64,000 nt of DNA from an uncultured Candidatus Saccharibacteria bacterium (GCA_964410165.1 CAYPFT010000002.1:367-64366); one strand, 5' to 3'; shown: positions 8,740 through 17,993, numbered from the stretch's first letter. Made by a program: numbers and translations. The notes: generated by a model not told the origin, from the letters alone.

Positions 8740-10515
8740 GTGATGCCGTCACTAACCGCAAATCAAGAACCTCTCTATACCACACGGAATCTCTTGCAGG
8801 ATATCCGGCCTTTTTTGTTGCCGTATAAGTGGAAATTCATTGTCGCCACGCTGTTTCGTCTTGCGTCCGATATCGCGTGGCTCTATCCGGCATACGGGCT
8901 TGCGGTGTTGGTTACTTTTTTCACGAAATACGCTCCCGGCGTGTCTCTTGCGCCCGTAAAACAAGTTTTTATATTTTGGATGCTTGCGAGTATCGTGCGC
9001 TATGTCGGCATGTATGCGGCGAAACGAATCATGTTTGCCGTGAGCGAGCAGATGGCTTTGGATGCACAGCTTGAAACCGTCAACCATCTTTTTTTGCTTG
9101 ATATGGGGTGGCATGAGCATGAAAACTCCGGCAACAAGCTCAAGAGAATTCAACGCGGAGGAGAAAGTATTGATCGGATTTTTCGAATGTGGATAAATGC
9201 TTTTATTGAAATCGGAGTCAATTTTTTCGGGGTACTTTTCATACTGTCCAAGTTCGATGCGGCCACGGCATCGCTCACACTTCTGTTTCTTTCGACGTAT
9301 TATGTCATTGCATTTGTGTTTCGCCGCAAAGCATCGGCGGCAACACAAGTGGTGAATATAAAAGAAGAGGAGATGAACGGTCTTTTTTTCGAATCAATTA
9401 ACAATATTCGGAGCGTGAAAGTCATGTCTATGCGAAGGCCTATTTCCGAGATACTTTCCAACGAGGCGAAAGACTTGTATGGGAAAGTTTTAAAGCGCAT
9501 ATTTTGGTTTCAGATAGGGAACAGTCTCAGGGGGTTTTATGCGAACGCTTTTCGGATCGGGGTAAGCGTCTTTATCGTGTACGGCATTTTGCACGGACAC
9601 TATGAAGTTGGGTTTCTGATCCTTTTCAATACGTATTTTATGCAGATTACTACGTCCATTTCCGAACTCGCGGAAGTGACGCAAGAATTTATCATCGCCA
9701 AATTAAGCATCGGACGAATGACGGATGTTCTTCGCGAACCGGTGGGGATTGACAAAGAAGAAGGGAAAGTGCCGTTTCCGAAAGGCTGGCAAAAAATCGT
9801 CTTTAACAATGTTTCATTTTCGTACGGCGACAACGAAGTTTTGAGCGGCGTGTCTTTTGAGGTGCGCCGCGGGGAAAGAGTCGGAATCATTGGTCTTTCC
9901 GGGGCGGGGAAGTCTACGCTCTTCAAGCTTCTGTTAAAAGAGCGCGCGCCGAGCGGCGGAGAAATTCTGATTGATAGTGTTCCATTGGAGCATATCAGCA
10001 AAGAAGATTATTTCCTTCATTCCGCCGCGGTTCTTCAGGAGACGGAAGTGTTTAACTTCACGCTTCGCCAAAATATCGTTCTTGCTAACAATGAGGAGGC
10101 GGAGAATGATGAACTTTTTGAAAAATCGCTTCACATTGCTCACGTTTCCGACTTTCTTTCCAAACTCCCGCAGGGCGCAGACACGCTTATCGGGGAGAAG
10201 GGCGTGAAGTTGTCCGGCGGAGAAAAACAGCGCCTCGGTCTTGCCCGCGCGGTCTTCAAACAGCCGGAGATCCTGCTTCTGGATGAAGCCACCTCGCATT
10301 TGGACGTAGAGTCGGAAGAGAAAATCCGAAGCTCGCTTCACGAATTTTTCCAAAGCGTTACCGCGCTCGTCGTCGCGCACCGTCTTACCACTGTCCGCGA
10401 GATGGACAAAATCATCGTGATTGAGGACGGGAAAATAATAGAAGAGGGAAGTTTTGACGAACTCTACCAAAAGGGCGGGAGATTTCATGAGTTGTGGGAG
10501 AAGCAGAAGCTGTAA
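8740..10515 (+). CDS. ABC exporter, fused permease-ATPase (MsbA-like)
   Basis: Six-helix N-terminal transmembrane domain. Walker A GLSGAGKST, signature LSGGEKQR, Walker B ILLLDEATSHLD. Confidence 0.8.
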   Translation: MMPSLTANQEPLYTTRNLLQDIRPFLLPYKWKFIVATLFRLASDIAWLYPAYGLAVLVTFFTKYAPGVSLAPVKQVFIFWMLASIVRYVGMYAAKRIMFAVSEQMALDAQLETVNHLFLLDMGWHEHENSGNKLKRIQRGGESIDRIFRMWINAFIEIGVNFFGVLFILSKFDAATASLTLLFLSTYYVIAFVFRRKASAATQVVNIKEEEMNGLFFESINNIRSVKVMSMRRPISEILSNEAKDLYGKVLKRIFWFQIGNSLRGFYANAFRIGVSVFIVYGILHGHYEVGFLILFNTYFMQITTSISELAEVTQEFIIAKLSIGRMTDVLREPVGIDKEEGKVPFPKGWQKIVFNNVSFSYGDNEVLSGVSFEVRRGERVGIIGLSGAGKSTLFKLLLKERAPSGGEILIDSVPLEHISKEDYFLHSAAVLQETEVFNFTLRQNIVLANNEEAENDELFEKSLHIAHVSDFLSKLPQGADTLIGEKGVKLSGGEKQRLGLARAVFKQPEILLLDEATSHLDVESEEKIRSSLHEFFQSVTALVVAHRLTTVREMDKIIVIEDGKIIEEGSFDELYQKGGRFHELWEKQKL

Positions 10516-10527
10516 AATGGGCAAGAA

Positions 10528-10557
10528 AAAATCGGGCGCTATGGGGGCGCCCGATTT
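10528..10557. terminator. Bidirectional hairpin terminator
   Basis: AAATCGGGCGC-TATGGG-GGCGCCCGATTT, between convergent genes. Confidence 0.5.
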
Positions 10558-10574
10558 CGATTTCGTGAGGTTTG

Positions 10575-11243
10575 TTATTCTTCGGTTTTGATTGGAACGA
10601 GAACCGATTTTTTACCGAAGCTCGCAAGCCATTCTTTGATTTTTCCCCTACATGGAGGAAGCGGGTCGCAGCTAATGAAAAATATTAAAAAGGTCACAAG
10701 AAGTTGAAAAACATTGTCGTATATTTGAATTTCCGGAATCGGCAACAGCACGAAGAGGGGCATTGTAACGATAAAATACAGACGAATAAAACGATATATA
10801 ATGTTTATCTTGAGGGGATTAGACAGTCCATGACTCATTCGGTCATATGCCCATGTTTCGTTTGTTTTCCACGCCCACGCGAAATGGTTGGTAAACATAA
10901 AAATGCCGAACCAAAACCATGTCGGATTTTTTCGGTCCAAAATAAGCGTATTTTCTCCGACAAGTTCTTTTGGAAACAGGTGATAATATATCCCCAAAGA
11001 AACCATGACGATTAAAAAACTGCATAATCCGGAGTAATAATAATTCGTTTTTCCCGTCCATCGTTGGAGGAAATGACACCCTTTTTCAAAGAGGGAAAGA
11101 AAGAACCAGTCAATTTTTTGAAACATAACAGTCTCCTTGTGGAAGTTGTGAAAATTCTTTTTTACCAACTTTAATATAGCATTTTTAAGTTTCTTTGTCA
11201 AATTTTTCCGCAAGAACCGGTTTTCCATGTCCACGGTATCCAC
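10575..11243 (-). CDS. Hypothetical polytopic membrane protein
   Basis: Several hydrophobic helices and Trp-rich loops (NHFAWAWKTNETWAYDRMSHG). No assignable family. The true start may be an internal Met (MFQKIDW...). Confidence 0.45.
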   Translation of the reverse strand: MDTVDMENRFLRKNLTKKLKNAILKLVKKNFHNFHKETVMFQKIDWFFLSLFEKGCHFLQRWTGKTNYYYSGLCSFLIVMVSLGIYYHLFPKELVGENTLILDRKNPTWFWFGIFMFTNHFAWAWKTNETWAYDRMSHGLSNPLKINIIYRFIRLYFIVTMPLFVLLPIPEIQIYDNVFQLLVTFLIFFISCDPLPPCRGKIKEWLASFGKKSVLVPIKTEE

Positions 11244-11283
11244 ACCTTTTTCGGCGGGGTTTTCTTTTTCGGTGTATAATTAA

Positions 11284-11498
11284 CTCACCTTACGCACGAT
11301 TACTGTATCGGTTTTTGGTCGGTTTCTCCGCCTCTTGGCGGTGGAACCGCCAAAAACTGATACCGGGGGTCGGAGATTTGGCGGTGAGACCTCCAAGAGG
11401 AGCGACCTAAAAAACAAGGAGTGCAACGACTATGTTTTTGGAAGTACTCTTTGTGGTGGACTCACCGACCAAATCTTTCCAGTCGTGCGTAAGGTGAG
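11284..11498. mobile_element. MITE-like non-autonomous element, copy 1 (215 bp)
   Basis: 16-bp perfect terminal inverted repeats, CTCACCTTACGCACGA and TCGTGCGTAAGGTGAG. Flanked by the 7-bp direct repeat TAATTAA (11277-11283 and 11499-11505). The interior is an extended imperfect palindrome. A second copy with the same inverted repeats is at 49113. Confidence 0.7.
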
Positions 11499-11556
11499 TA
11501 ATTAAAATAACTGCTTTTGAAAAACATTTAACAGTATTTTTTTAATAAAAAAACTT

Positions 11557-14500
11557 ATGCCACCGGACAAATCAAAATCAATTCTCATTTCGTCGATTTT
11601 TGGATTACTTGCCGTTATCGTCTTCGGACTCCTCTGGTTTTTCTTCCTCGCACCCGCCGTTCCCGCCGGTGCCGGATGGTTCATCTTCAGCTTCGCGGCG
11701 GGGCTGACGATGATCGTGCTTCCGTGCACGTTGCCGCTTGCTTTCGTCATCGTGCCGCTTTCTATGGGGAAGGGGGTGGCGAAGGGGATTGGCACGGCGC
11801 TTGCTTTTGCGTTCGGTATCGTCATTACTCTGAGCATATACGGCATCATCGCATCGCTCATCGGGAAAGCCGCTCTCGGCTCTCTCGGCGCTCCGCTTGA
11901 AACGGTCAAAAATTGGGTGTACTTCATAGCGGGAATTTTCGCGTATCTTTTCGCGCTCGGTTCCATAGGGCTTCTCGCCTTCAAAATGCCGACCTACACC
12001 GGCGCGGCTCCTGAGATCATTCAGAAAAAAGAAGACTATCTCAAGGCGTTTCTCATGGGGCTTTTTCTAGGAAATATCGGTATCGGATGTCCGCACCCCG
12101 CAACCCCGCTTCTTCTCATTGAGGCGGCGACGAGCGGCAATGTGCTGTACGGCTGGCTTCTCTTTTTCGTTCATGCCGTCGGACGCGTGCTCCCGCTCCT
12201 CTTCCTTGCCTTCATGGGGATTATGGGCGTGAACGGACTTTCGTGGCTTGTGGCGCGGAAGGAGAAAGTGGAACGCGCGACAGGGTGGGCGATGGTATTC
12301 GTCGGGGCGTTCATCTTGGTGCTCGGACTGTTCTCTCATGATTGGTGGGTCAATTCGGGACAGCACACGTTGCTTGAATCCATCACACAGGAAGAAACAA
12401 TCTTGAACGTCATTGGGGAGAAACTCAACACAGGGAACGCGCATAATCACGGACTTGAGGATGGTACCGGACTGTTCGGACTTCCGCTCTGGCTCGGGAA
12501 TTGGGTGCTGGTACTTCTGTGGGTCATCCCGTTCTTCTGGTATCTCCGAAAAGAAAAAGCGCGAATCGCGCAGATTCCCGAAGCAAACCAAGTACCCGAG
12601 CGCGTGGCGGAAGAAAATACGCGCCACATGAGAAGGAAGTTTTACATCGCACTCGCCATTGCGCTTGGCGCCATCTTTATTTACATTTTGCCGATGCGAT
12701 TTTACAACCAATCAATCGGTATCGGCGCGGGGCACGATGAAATGAAGATGACTGTTTCTGTCGGCGGCGAAACCTTTTCGCAAGACATTATCGGCCTTCC
12801 CGAAGCGAAGCCGTCCGAGGTCGTTTCGCTCAAAAACGGCGACACCTACACCCTCTCTCCTGGCGCGGTCTGGAAAGAAATAAACGGCAAGCGCGTAAAA
12901 ATGCTCGCGTACAACGGCATGATTCCGGGGCCGACGATTAAAGCGAAACAGGGGAGCGAGGTTATCATTCATTTCGTTAATAATTTGGAGATTAAAGATA
13001 CTCTGCATCCTCACGGCGTGCGCCTCAACAACAAATTTGATGGCGTGGCGGGGGTTACGCAAGAGCCGGTACTGCCCGGCGGATCATTTGACTACAAAAT
13101 CAAGTTTCCCGATTCGGGAATTTACTGGTACCACTCGCACATGAACGAGGCGTATACCCAGAATCTCGGCATGTATGGCGCGCTTCTCGTTGCTCCAAAA
13201 AGCGGCGAATTTTCCGGTCGTGAAGAAGTGGTTTTCTTGAGCGACTTGCTGATGAACGAAAGCGGCATCGCGCCATTCCCGAAAGACTTCACCGACCATG
13301 CGATGATGGGGCGATTCGGGAATACGATGCTTGTGAACGGAAGCACGAAGTATCGATTTATCGCGGCTCCCGGCGAGACAGTCCGTTTCCATTTCGTTGA
13401 TTCCGCCGTCGCGCGAACATTCCGATTGAGCATACTCGAAAAATGGGGAGGAGAGAAGGCGCAAAAGACTATTGTGACGCAAGTCGGGAGCGATGGGGGG
13501 GAAATGGAGCGCAAAATTGAGGTAGGCGAAGTAATCCTCAGTCCCGGCGAACGCGCAACGGTAGATATTCGTTTTCCTGAAAAAGAAGGAGCATACCATC
13601 TGTATCATGAATCGTCGAAACAACCATATTTACTTGCAACATTTGACGTAAAAGGCGAGGTACTGAAAGCCGCAAAAGAAATTACGTATGAAGACAAGCC
13701 GATTTTCTCAAAAGAAGAATTGAATCGTTATCGCATCGCGCCGCCCGACAAACGGATCAAGCTTTCTCTTGTGGCGGATATGAATGCGATGATGAAAGGC
13801 ATGGGCGATGGAATGATGATGCCGGCAGGCGCGGAACCCGCGGGGCATGATAATTCCGACGGACACCACGGAAGCGCGGGGATTGTTTCTGAAGCGCACG
13901 CGAGCACACCCATGCCTTTCGCCATGGACATGTCAAATATGCAGAACATGAATATGGGCGGCATGATGGGCGGCACACCGCAGAAGATAGAATGGGAAGA
14001 CGATATGGGCGCGATGAACGCCATGTCCAATTCCAACAGCGTGAAATGGGAAATAATAGACGAGGATAATGGCAGAGCAAACGGCGACATCAACTGGACG
14101 TTCAGTAAGGGAGACATGGTGAAGGTTCGGATTTTCAATGACCCGAAATCCATGCACCCAATGCAGCACCCGATACATTTCCATGGACAGCGATTCGTCG
14201 TGCTTGCGACGAACGGTGCGCCGAACGATAATATGGCGTGGAAAGACACGACGCTCGTGCAGACAGGGGACACCGTTGATATTCTCGTCGAGATGTCGAA
14301 CCCCGGCTTCTGGATGGCGCATTGCCACATCGCGGAACACCTCCACTCCGGCATGATGTTCGGTTTCGTGGTGAAAGACGGCAAAGTGGCGGCTGGGGGC
14401 GAAGAAGACTATAAAATTGTGATGCCGCAAGAACGAAGCCAACTCGCGTCAGCGTACGCATGGGCGCACGGCGATGAAGAAGACGGACATGAAGAACCCG

Positions 14501-14613
14501 CACCCGCCGCACAAGGGCAAGTGCCGATCAAATTCGTCCTCATTCTCGTTTCGCTTCTTCTCATGGGAGCTTTGAGTTACGGCGTCTGGCGGTATTTGGA
14601 TGTGAAGAAGTAA
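11557..14613 (+). CDS. Fusion of a CcdA/DsbD-like thiol-disulfide transporter membrane domain to a multicopper oxidase with a Met/His-rich segment and C-terminal membrane anchor
   Basis: The first ~260 aa have 6-8 transmembrane helices with Cys in LPCTLP and GCPHPATPLL, the CcdA pattern of one Cys in each of two helices. Multicopper oxidase copper ligands are present (HPHG, WYHSHMNE, HPIHFHG, HCHIAEHLHSGMM). There is a Met/His-rich insert (MMKGMGDGMMMP...NMQNMNMGGMMGG) and a terminal hydrophobic helix. Confidence 0.8.
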   Translation: MPPDKSKSILISSIFGLLAVIVFGLLWFFFLAPAVPAGAGWFIFSFAAGLTMIVLPCTLPLAFVIVPLSMGKGVAKGIGTALAFAFGIVITLSIYGIIASLIGKAALGSLGAPLETVKNWVYFIAGIFAYLFALGSIGLLAFKMPTYTGAAPEIIQKKEDYLKAFLMGLFLGNIGIGCPHPATPLLLIEAATSGNVLYGWLLFFVHAVGRVLPLLFLAFMGIMGVNGLSWLVARKEKVERATGWAMVFVGAFILVLGLFSHDWWVNSGQHTLLESITQEETILNVIGEKLNTGNAHNHGLEDGTGLFGLPLWLGNWVLVLLWVIPFFWYLRKEKARIAQIPEANQVPERVAEENTRHMRRKFYIALAIALGAIFIYILPMRFYNQSIGIGAGHDEMKMTVSVGGETFSQDIIGLPEAKPSEVVSLKNGDTYTLSPGAVWKEINGKRVKMLAYNGMIPGPTIKAKQGSEVIIHFVNNLEIKDTLHPHGVRLNNKFDGVAGVTQEPVLPGGSFDYKIKFPDSGIYWYHSHMNEAYTQNLGMYGALLVAPKSGEFSGREEVVFLSDLLMNESGIAPFPKDFTDHAMMGRFGNTMLVNGSTKYRFIAAPGETVRFHFVDSAVARTFRLSILEKWGGEKAQKTIVTQVGSDGGEMERKIEVGEVILSPGERATVDIRFPEKEGAYHLYHESSKQPYLLATFDVKGEVLKAAKEITYEDKPIFSKEELNRYRIAPPDKRIKLSLVADMNAMMKGMGDGMMMPAGAEPAGHDNSDGHHGSAGIVSEAHASTPMPFAMDMSNMQNMNMGGMMGGTPQKIEWEDDMGAMNAMSNSNSVKWEIIDEDNGRANGDINWTFSKGDMVKVRIFNDPKSMHPMQHPIHFHGQRFVVLATNGAPNDNMAWKDTTLVQTGDTVDILVEMSNPGFWMAHCHIAEHLHSGMMFGFVVKDGKVAAGGEEDYKIVMPQERSQLASAYAWAHGDEEDGHEEPAPAAQGQVPIKFVLILVSLLLMGALSYGVWRYLDVKK

Positions 14614-14637
14614 TATGGGAATCAAGAATAAGGAATT

Positions 14638-15186
14638 ATGAATGAGGAATCGTCACCGCCCTCCACCATTATGGAAAATACACAAGAAAAAACAGAGATA
14701 GAATTTATGGTAGAGAAAAGCCCAATGAAGGAAGCGTATAAATTGCTTGGCGCACAGACCCCATTTGAACTTTTTGATTTGTACGATAAAGAAGACCAGA
14801 GATTAATGAAAGCGGGTTTGTGGGATTATGATAACCCCAATCTCATCGTAAACAAGATAAAAAATATTATTGAAAGCATTGACATTAATGAACTTACGGA
14901 AGAGGAAAACGAATGGAGGCAGGAAATTCTTTGGTTTTGGTATCACCATGCAATCAGTTGTGCAATCTGGAGGTATAAAGACAAAGATAAGGCAAAAATA
15001 TACTCCGCCAAAGCATTTCAGTATCATCTAAACGACAACCAAAATCAGATAACTAAACTGCTAGATTTTCTTGTAAATGGTCAGGTAAAAGAAGCCGAAG
15101 AGTGGGCGGAAAAAATTCAAGACGAAGTGGAACAAAAAACAGCATCAGATTTGATTAAGGAGTACAAAGAAAAAGGATTTTTCTAA
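14638..15186 (+). CDS. Hypothetical protein
   Basis: 182 aa, acidic and helical, with no recognisable motif. An RBS-like AAGGA lies upstream. Confidence 0.4.
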   Translation: MNEESSPPSTIMENTQEKTEIEFMVEKSPMKEAYKLLGAQTPFELFDLYDKEDQRLMKAGLWDYDNPNLIVNKIKNIIESIDINELTEEENEWRQEILWFWYHHAISCAIWRYKDKDKAKIYSAKAFQYHLNDNQNQITKLLDFLVNGQVKEAEEWAEKIQDEVEQKTASDLIKEYKEKGFF

Positions 15187-15360
15187 AAATCCTTTTTTGT
15201 TGTAAATAAAAAAGTGCGGGGTGTCGTCTTTTATGGTATCATGTGCTTATGATTGCCCGCGAAAAAATCAAAGAAGTCGCCGACAAAATCGCTCGGGAAT
15301 TCGAGCCGAAATTTGAACAAACACAAGAAATGTTGTAACATACAAACTCCCACCGCTTTC

Positions 15361-15582
15361 ATGATAATCTTCACCAATCATGCTTTATTGAAACTGAAGC
15401 AGAGAAATCTGACGAAAGAGAAGGTGATACAAACGGTTGAAAATCCTGACGAAATAATGCTCACGTACGGAGAGCGAAACGCTGTTCTGAAAAAATTCGG
15501 CAAGCTCTATTTGAAAGTGGTATTTCGCAAAGATGGGAAAGATGTGATTATTATCACGCAACATTGGATAACCAAAACATAA
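15361..15582 (+). CDS. DUF4258-family toxin-like protein
   Basis: MIIFTNHALLKLKQRNLTKEKVIQTVENPDEI... matches the DUF4258 pattern (HAxxRxxER, then vlenPd). It is followed 7 bp later by a DUF2283 gene, a known pairing. Confidence 0.6.
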   Translation: MIIFTNHALLKLKQRNLTKEKVIQTVENPDEIMLTYGERNAVLKKFGKLYLKVVFRKDGKDVIIITQHWITKT

Positions 15583-15588
15583 ACCGCC

Positions 15589-15822
15589 ATGAAAATAACT
15601 TACGACCCATACGCCGACGCGCTTTCCATTTCTTTTAAAGAGGGGAAAGTGAAGAAAACCATCGAGATTGCGCCCGAGGTGAATTTGGATGTGGATGCGA
15701 AAGAACGACCGCTCTATCTTGAAATTTTAGGAGTGCGGGAGAAAATCGGGAAAGCGAATGTGGAGGAGATAACGATGAAGAATATTTTTATCGGTAAAAA
15801 TGCAACACTCGTTGCGACATAA
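15589..15822 (+). CDS. DUF2283-family protein (partner of DUF4258)
   Basis: MKITYDPYADALSISFKEGK... is the canonical DUF2283 N-terminus. Confidence 0.65.
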   Translation: MKITYDPYADALSISFKEGKVKKTIEIAPEVNLDVDAKERPLYLEILGVREKIGKANVEEITMKNIFIGKNATLVAT

Positions 15823-15834
15823 GAGTAGCATCAT

Positions 15835-16134
15835 ATGGAAAACATCCGAGAAAAAATTAAAAAAGCCGTAGAAAAAAACCCGTATAAAAAAGACATACGG
15901 CGTATTTCACTTTTCGGTTCGGAGCTTCATGGTACGGCGAAAGAAGGAAGCGATGTTGATTTGCTGGTGGAATTCATACCGGGCGCGAAAATCAGCTTTT
16001 TTAAGCTGGACGATATTGAAGAAAGTTTTGAGAAAGAGATAGGGCGCAATGTGGATTTGGTCACCCCGTGCGCACTGAGCCATTTTTTCCGTGATAAAGT
16101 GCTTGCCGAGGCGGAACTCCTTTATCATGCATAA
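15835..16134 (+). CDS. Minimal nucleotidyltransferase (MNT) antitoxin of a HepT/MNT module
   Basis: GSELHGTAKEGSDVDLLVEF is the GSx9-13DxD polymerase-beta-like nucleotidyltransferase motif. The downstream HepT-like reading frame is disrupted. Confidence 0.7.
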   Translation: MENIREKIKKAVEKNPYKKDIRRISLFGSELHGTAKEGSDVDLLVEFIPGAKISFFKLDDIEESFEKEIGRNVDLVTPCALSHFFRDKVLAEAELLYHA

Positions 16135-16144
16135 AACATGAATC

Positions 16145-16431
16145 ATGAACGACGAAACATACATCGGTCATATTGCGGAAGCGATTGAAAAAGTCGAACG
16201 CTATATAAACGGATTTACCTGCGAGCAGTTTTCAAAAAAGCGGCGAACAATATCAGCAAAGAATTTCAAAATACCCACGCGGAACTTCCGTGGAGTAAAA
16301 TGATTTCCATGCGCAACCGCTTAATCCATGAATACTTCGGCGTAAACGAAGAAGTGGTGTGGGGTACTTGTACGGAAGATTTACCATCGCTCAAAAAACA
16401 CATCGAAGAATTCTTAACACAAAGAGCTTAA
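16145..16431 (+). pseudogene. HepT (HEPN) toxin pseudogene, frameshifted and internally deleted
   Basis: The first frame gives MNDETYIGHIAEAIEKVERYINGFTCEQFSKK and then terminates. A +1 frame continues ...AANNISKEFQNTHAELPWSKMISMRNRLIHEYFGVNEEVVW with the Rx4HxY HEPN motif (RNRLIHEY). The break is at an A-run, and a ~15 aa segment expected between the two frames is missing. No ORF of 60 aa or more is reported here. Confidence 0.6.
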
Positions 16432-16452
16432 CAATTAATTTCTTTCGAAGAA

Positions 16453-16935
16453 ATGAACAAATATATTTACCTTATCATTGCGATGGTCGTCATACTCGGT
16501 GTCGGCGTCGCGTACAAAAATTTCGGAGCGGATAAAAGCAAGGCCGCTCTGACGACGGGGGAGGTGAAAGAGATTACGATTCGCGCGCAGAAGAACAAAT
16601 GGAACTGGTCGCCGGAGGATATTACTGTCAATCAGGGCGATACCGTCAAGCTCACGATTATCAATGAAGACGAATATGACCACGGCATTGCGATAGACGC
16701 CTACGGCATTTCACAGCGGGTTCCGGCACTCGGCACCATTGAAGCGGAATTCGTGGCGACTCAGCCGGGGGACTTTCCGTTCTACTGCTCCGTCCCGTGC
16801 GGGGAGGGGGAAGTGGACGGCGTGAAGCGCGGGCACTTTGACCAAGTGGGGAAGATACACGTGACCCACATGATGATGGATGGAAAAATGATGGAGGGCG
16901 ACATGCCGCACGACGAAATGATGAAGACGCAATAA
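16453..16935 (+). CDS. Membrane-anchored cupredoxin-like copper-binding protein with Met-rich tail
   Basis: N-terminal transmembrane helix. The cupredoxin-type segment has H...CxxxC...H (DHGIAID...FYCSVPCGEGEVDGVKRGH). The C-terminus is Met/His-rich (HVTHMMMDGKMMEGDMPHDEMM), suggesting Cu(I) binding. Confidence 0.6.
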   Translation: MNKYIYLIIAMVVILGVGVAYKNFGADKSKAALTTGEVKEITIRAQKNKWNWSPEDITVNQGDTVKLTIINEDEYDHGIAIDAYGISQRVPALGTIEAEFVATQPGDFPFYCSVPCGEGEVDGVKRGHFDQVGKIHVTHMMMDGKMMEGDMPHDEMMKTQ

Positions 16936-16947
16936 AAACTCCAAAAC

Positions 16948-16974
16948 CTCCGCTCAAATGGCGGAGTGTTTTTT
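16948..16974 (+). terminator. Rho-independent terminator after the cupredoxin gene
   Basis: CTCCGC-TCAAATG-GCGGAG followed by TGTTTTTT. Confidence 0.5.
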
Positions 16975-17000
16975 AAGCGATTCTATGGTATAGTAGAATC

Positions 17001-17279
17001 ATGCGACACATCCCTGAATTTTTTCAACCCATTTTCTGGTCATATGATTTCAGAGCTCTTGATGCCGAAAAGCACAAGAGAACCATCGTGGTTCAGACGA
17101 TTAACTATGGGAGGTGGAAGCACTGGCGATTTATCGCGGACAGGTACGGCAAAAACGGCGTTGCCGAGATAATAGCCTCCGAACCGGCAAGCGCATTTCG
17201 CAAACCAGCGCTTTTCTTGGCGAAGATTCTTTTTAGCGTTGAGAAACAAGCACATGCACTTCGAAGCACTCACAGATAA
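17001..17279 (+). CDS. Small protein upstream of AbiEii-like toxin; putative cognate antitoxin
   Basis: 92 aa, overlapping the start of the downstream AbiEii-like gene. No HTH recognised. Called on position only. Confidence 0.3.
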   Translation: MRHIPEFFQPIFWSYDFRALDAEKHKRTIVVQTINYGRWKHWRFIADRYGKNGVAEIIASEPASAFRKPALFLAKILFSVEKQAHALRSTHR

Positions 17280-17877
17280 AGGAAAAGAAATATTTCCGAA
17301 ACTCTCGCTGTTTTCGGGTTTTTATCTTGCCGGCGGAACAGCGCTTGCGCTTCAAATCGGACATCGCGTTTCCATAGACTTCGATTTTTTTACCGATGAG
17401 AAGATAAAAAAAACACTGCTCGCGAAAGCGGAAAGCATCTTTTCACCGAGCAGTCTTGAGATTTTTGTAAACAACTCGGGCGAACTCACTTTTTCCGTCA
17501 ACGACGTGAAAATCACTTTTCTTACCTATCCTTTTCCGGCGTTGCTTCCAAAAGTAAAAGTAGAAAAAGGCGAGTTTTGGCTCTTGGGCGTAAAAGAACT
17601 TGCCGCTACGAAAGCTTACACGATAGGAAGGCGAGGTGAACTCAAGGATTACATTGATGTATATTTTCTCCTCAAAGAAGGGCATACGACGCTTTTTGAA
17701 ATTTCCGAACTCGCGGAAAAGAAATACGGTGAAGCGTTTGACACAAGGCTTTTTCTTGAACAATTGCTGTATTTGGATGACATAGAAGACGTACAAATAG
17801 AATTTTTGAAAGACCCTGTCGGAAAAGAAGAACTCAAAAAGTTTTTTGAAGGGGAAATAGGAAAAATAAAGCTGTAA
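17254..17877 (+). CDS. AbiEii/AbiGii-family nucleotidyltransferase toxin-like protein
   Basis: FYLAGGTALALQIGHRVSIDFDFF matches the GG-TAL...HR-S-D-D-F signature of the AbiEii family. Confidence 0.65.
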   Translation: MHFEALTDKGKEIFPKLSLFSGFYLAGGTALALQIGHRVSIDFDFFTDEKIKKTLLAKAESIFSPSSLEIFVNNSGELTFSVNDVKITFLTYPFPALLPKVKVEKGEFWLLGVKELAATKAYTIGRRGELKDYIDVYFLLKEGHTTLFEISELAEKKYGEAFDTRLFLEQLLYLDDIEDVQIEFLKDPVGKEELKKFFEGEIGKIKL

Positions 17878-17902
17878 CGCAAACAAAAAAGGAATCGCAA
17901 AA

Positions 17903-17940
17903 AACAACGGTGGGGAAAAGTCCCCGCCGTTGTTTTTTGA
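17903..17940 (+). terminator. Rho-independent terminator after the AbiE-like module
   Basis: AACAACGGTGGGGA-AAAG-TCCCCGCCGTTGTT followed by TTTTTG. Confidence 0.55.
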
Positions 17941-17946
17941 AAGTGT

Positions 17947-17954
17947 TGTATAAT
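17947..17954 (+). promoter_or_regulatory. Extended -10 element (TGTATAAT) upstream of copA
   Basis: TG-N-TATAAT, 40 bp upstream of the copA start codon. No clear -35. Confidence 0.35.
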
Positions 17955-17993
17955 ATAAAGCAAATACTATAAAAACTAAAACCTAATTTTTTT

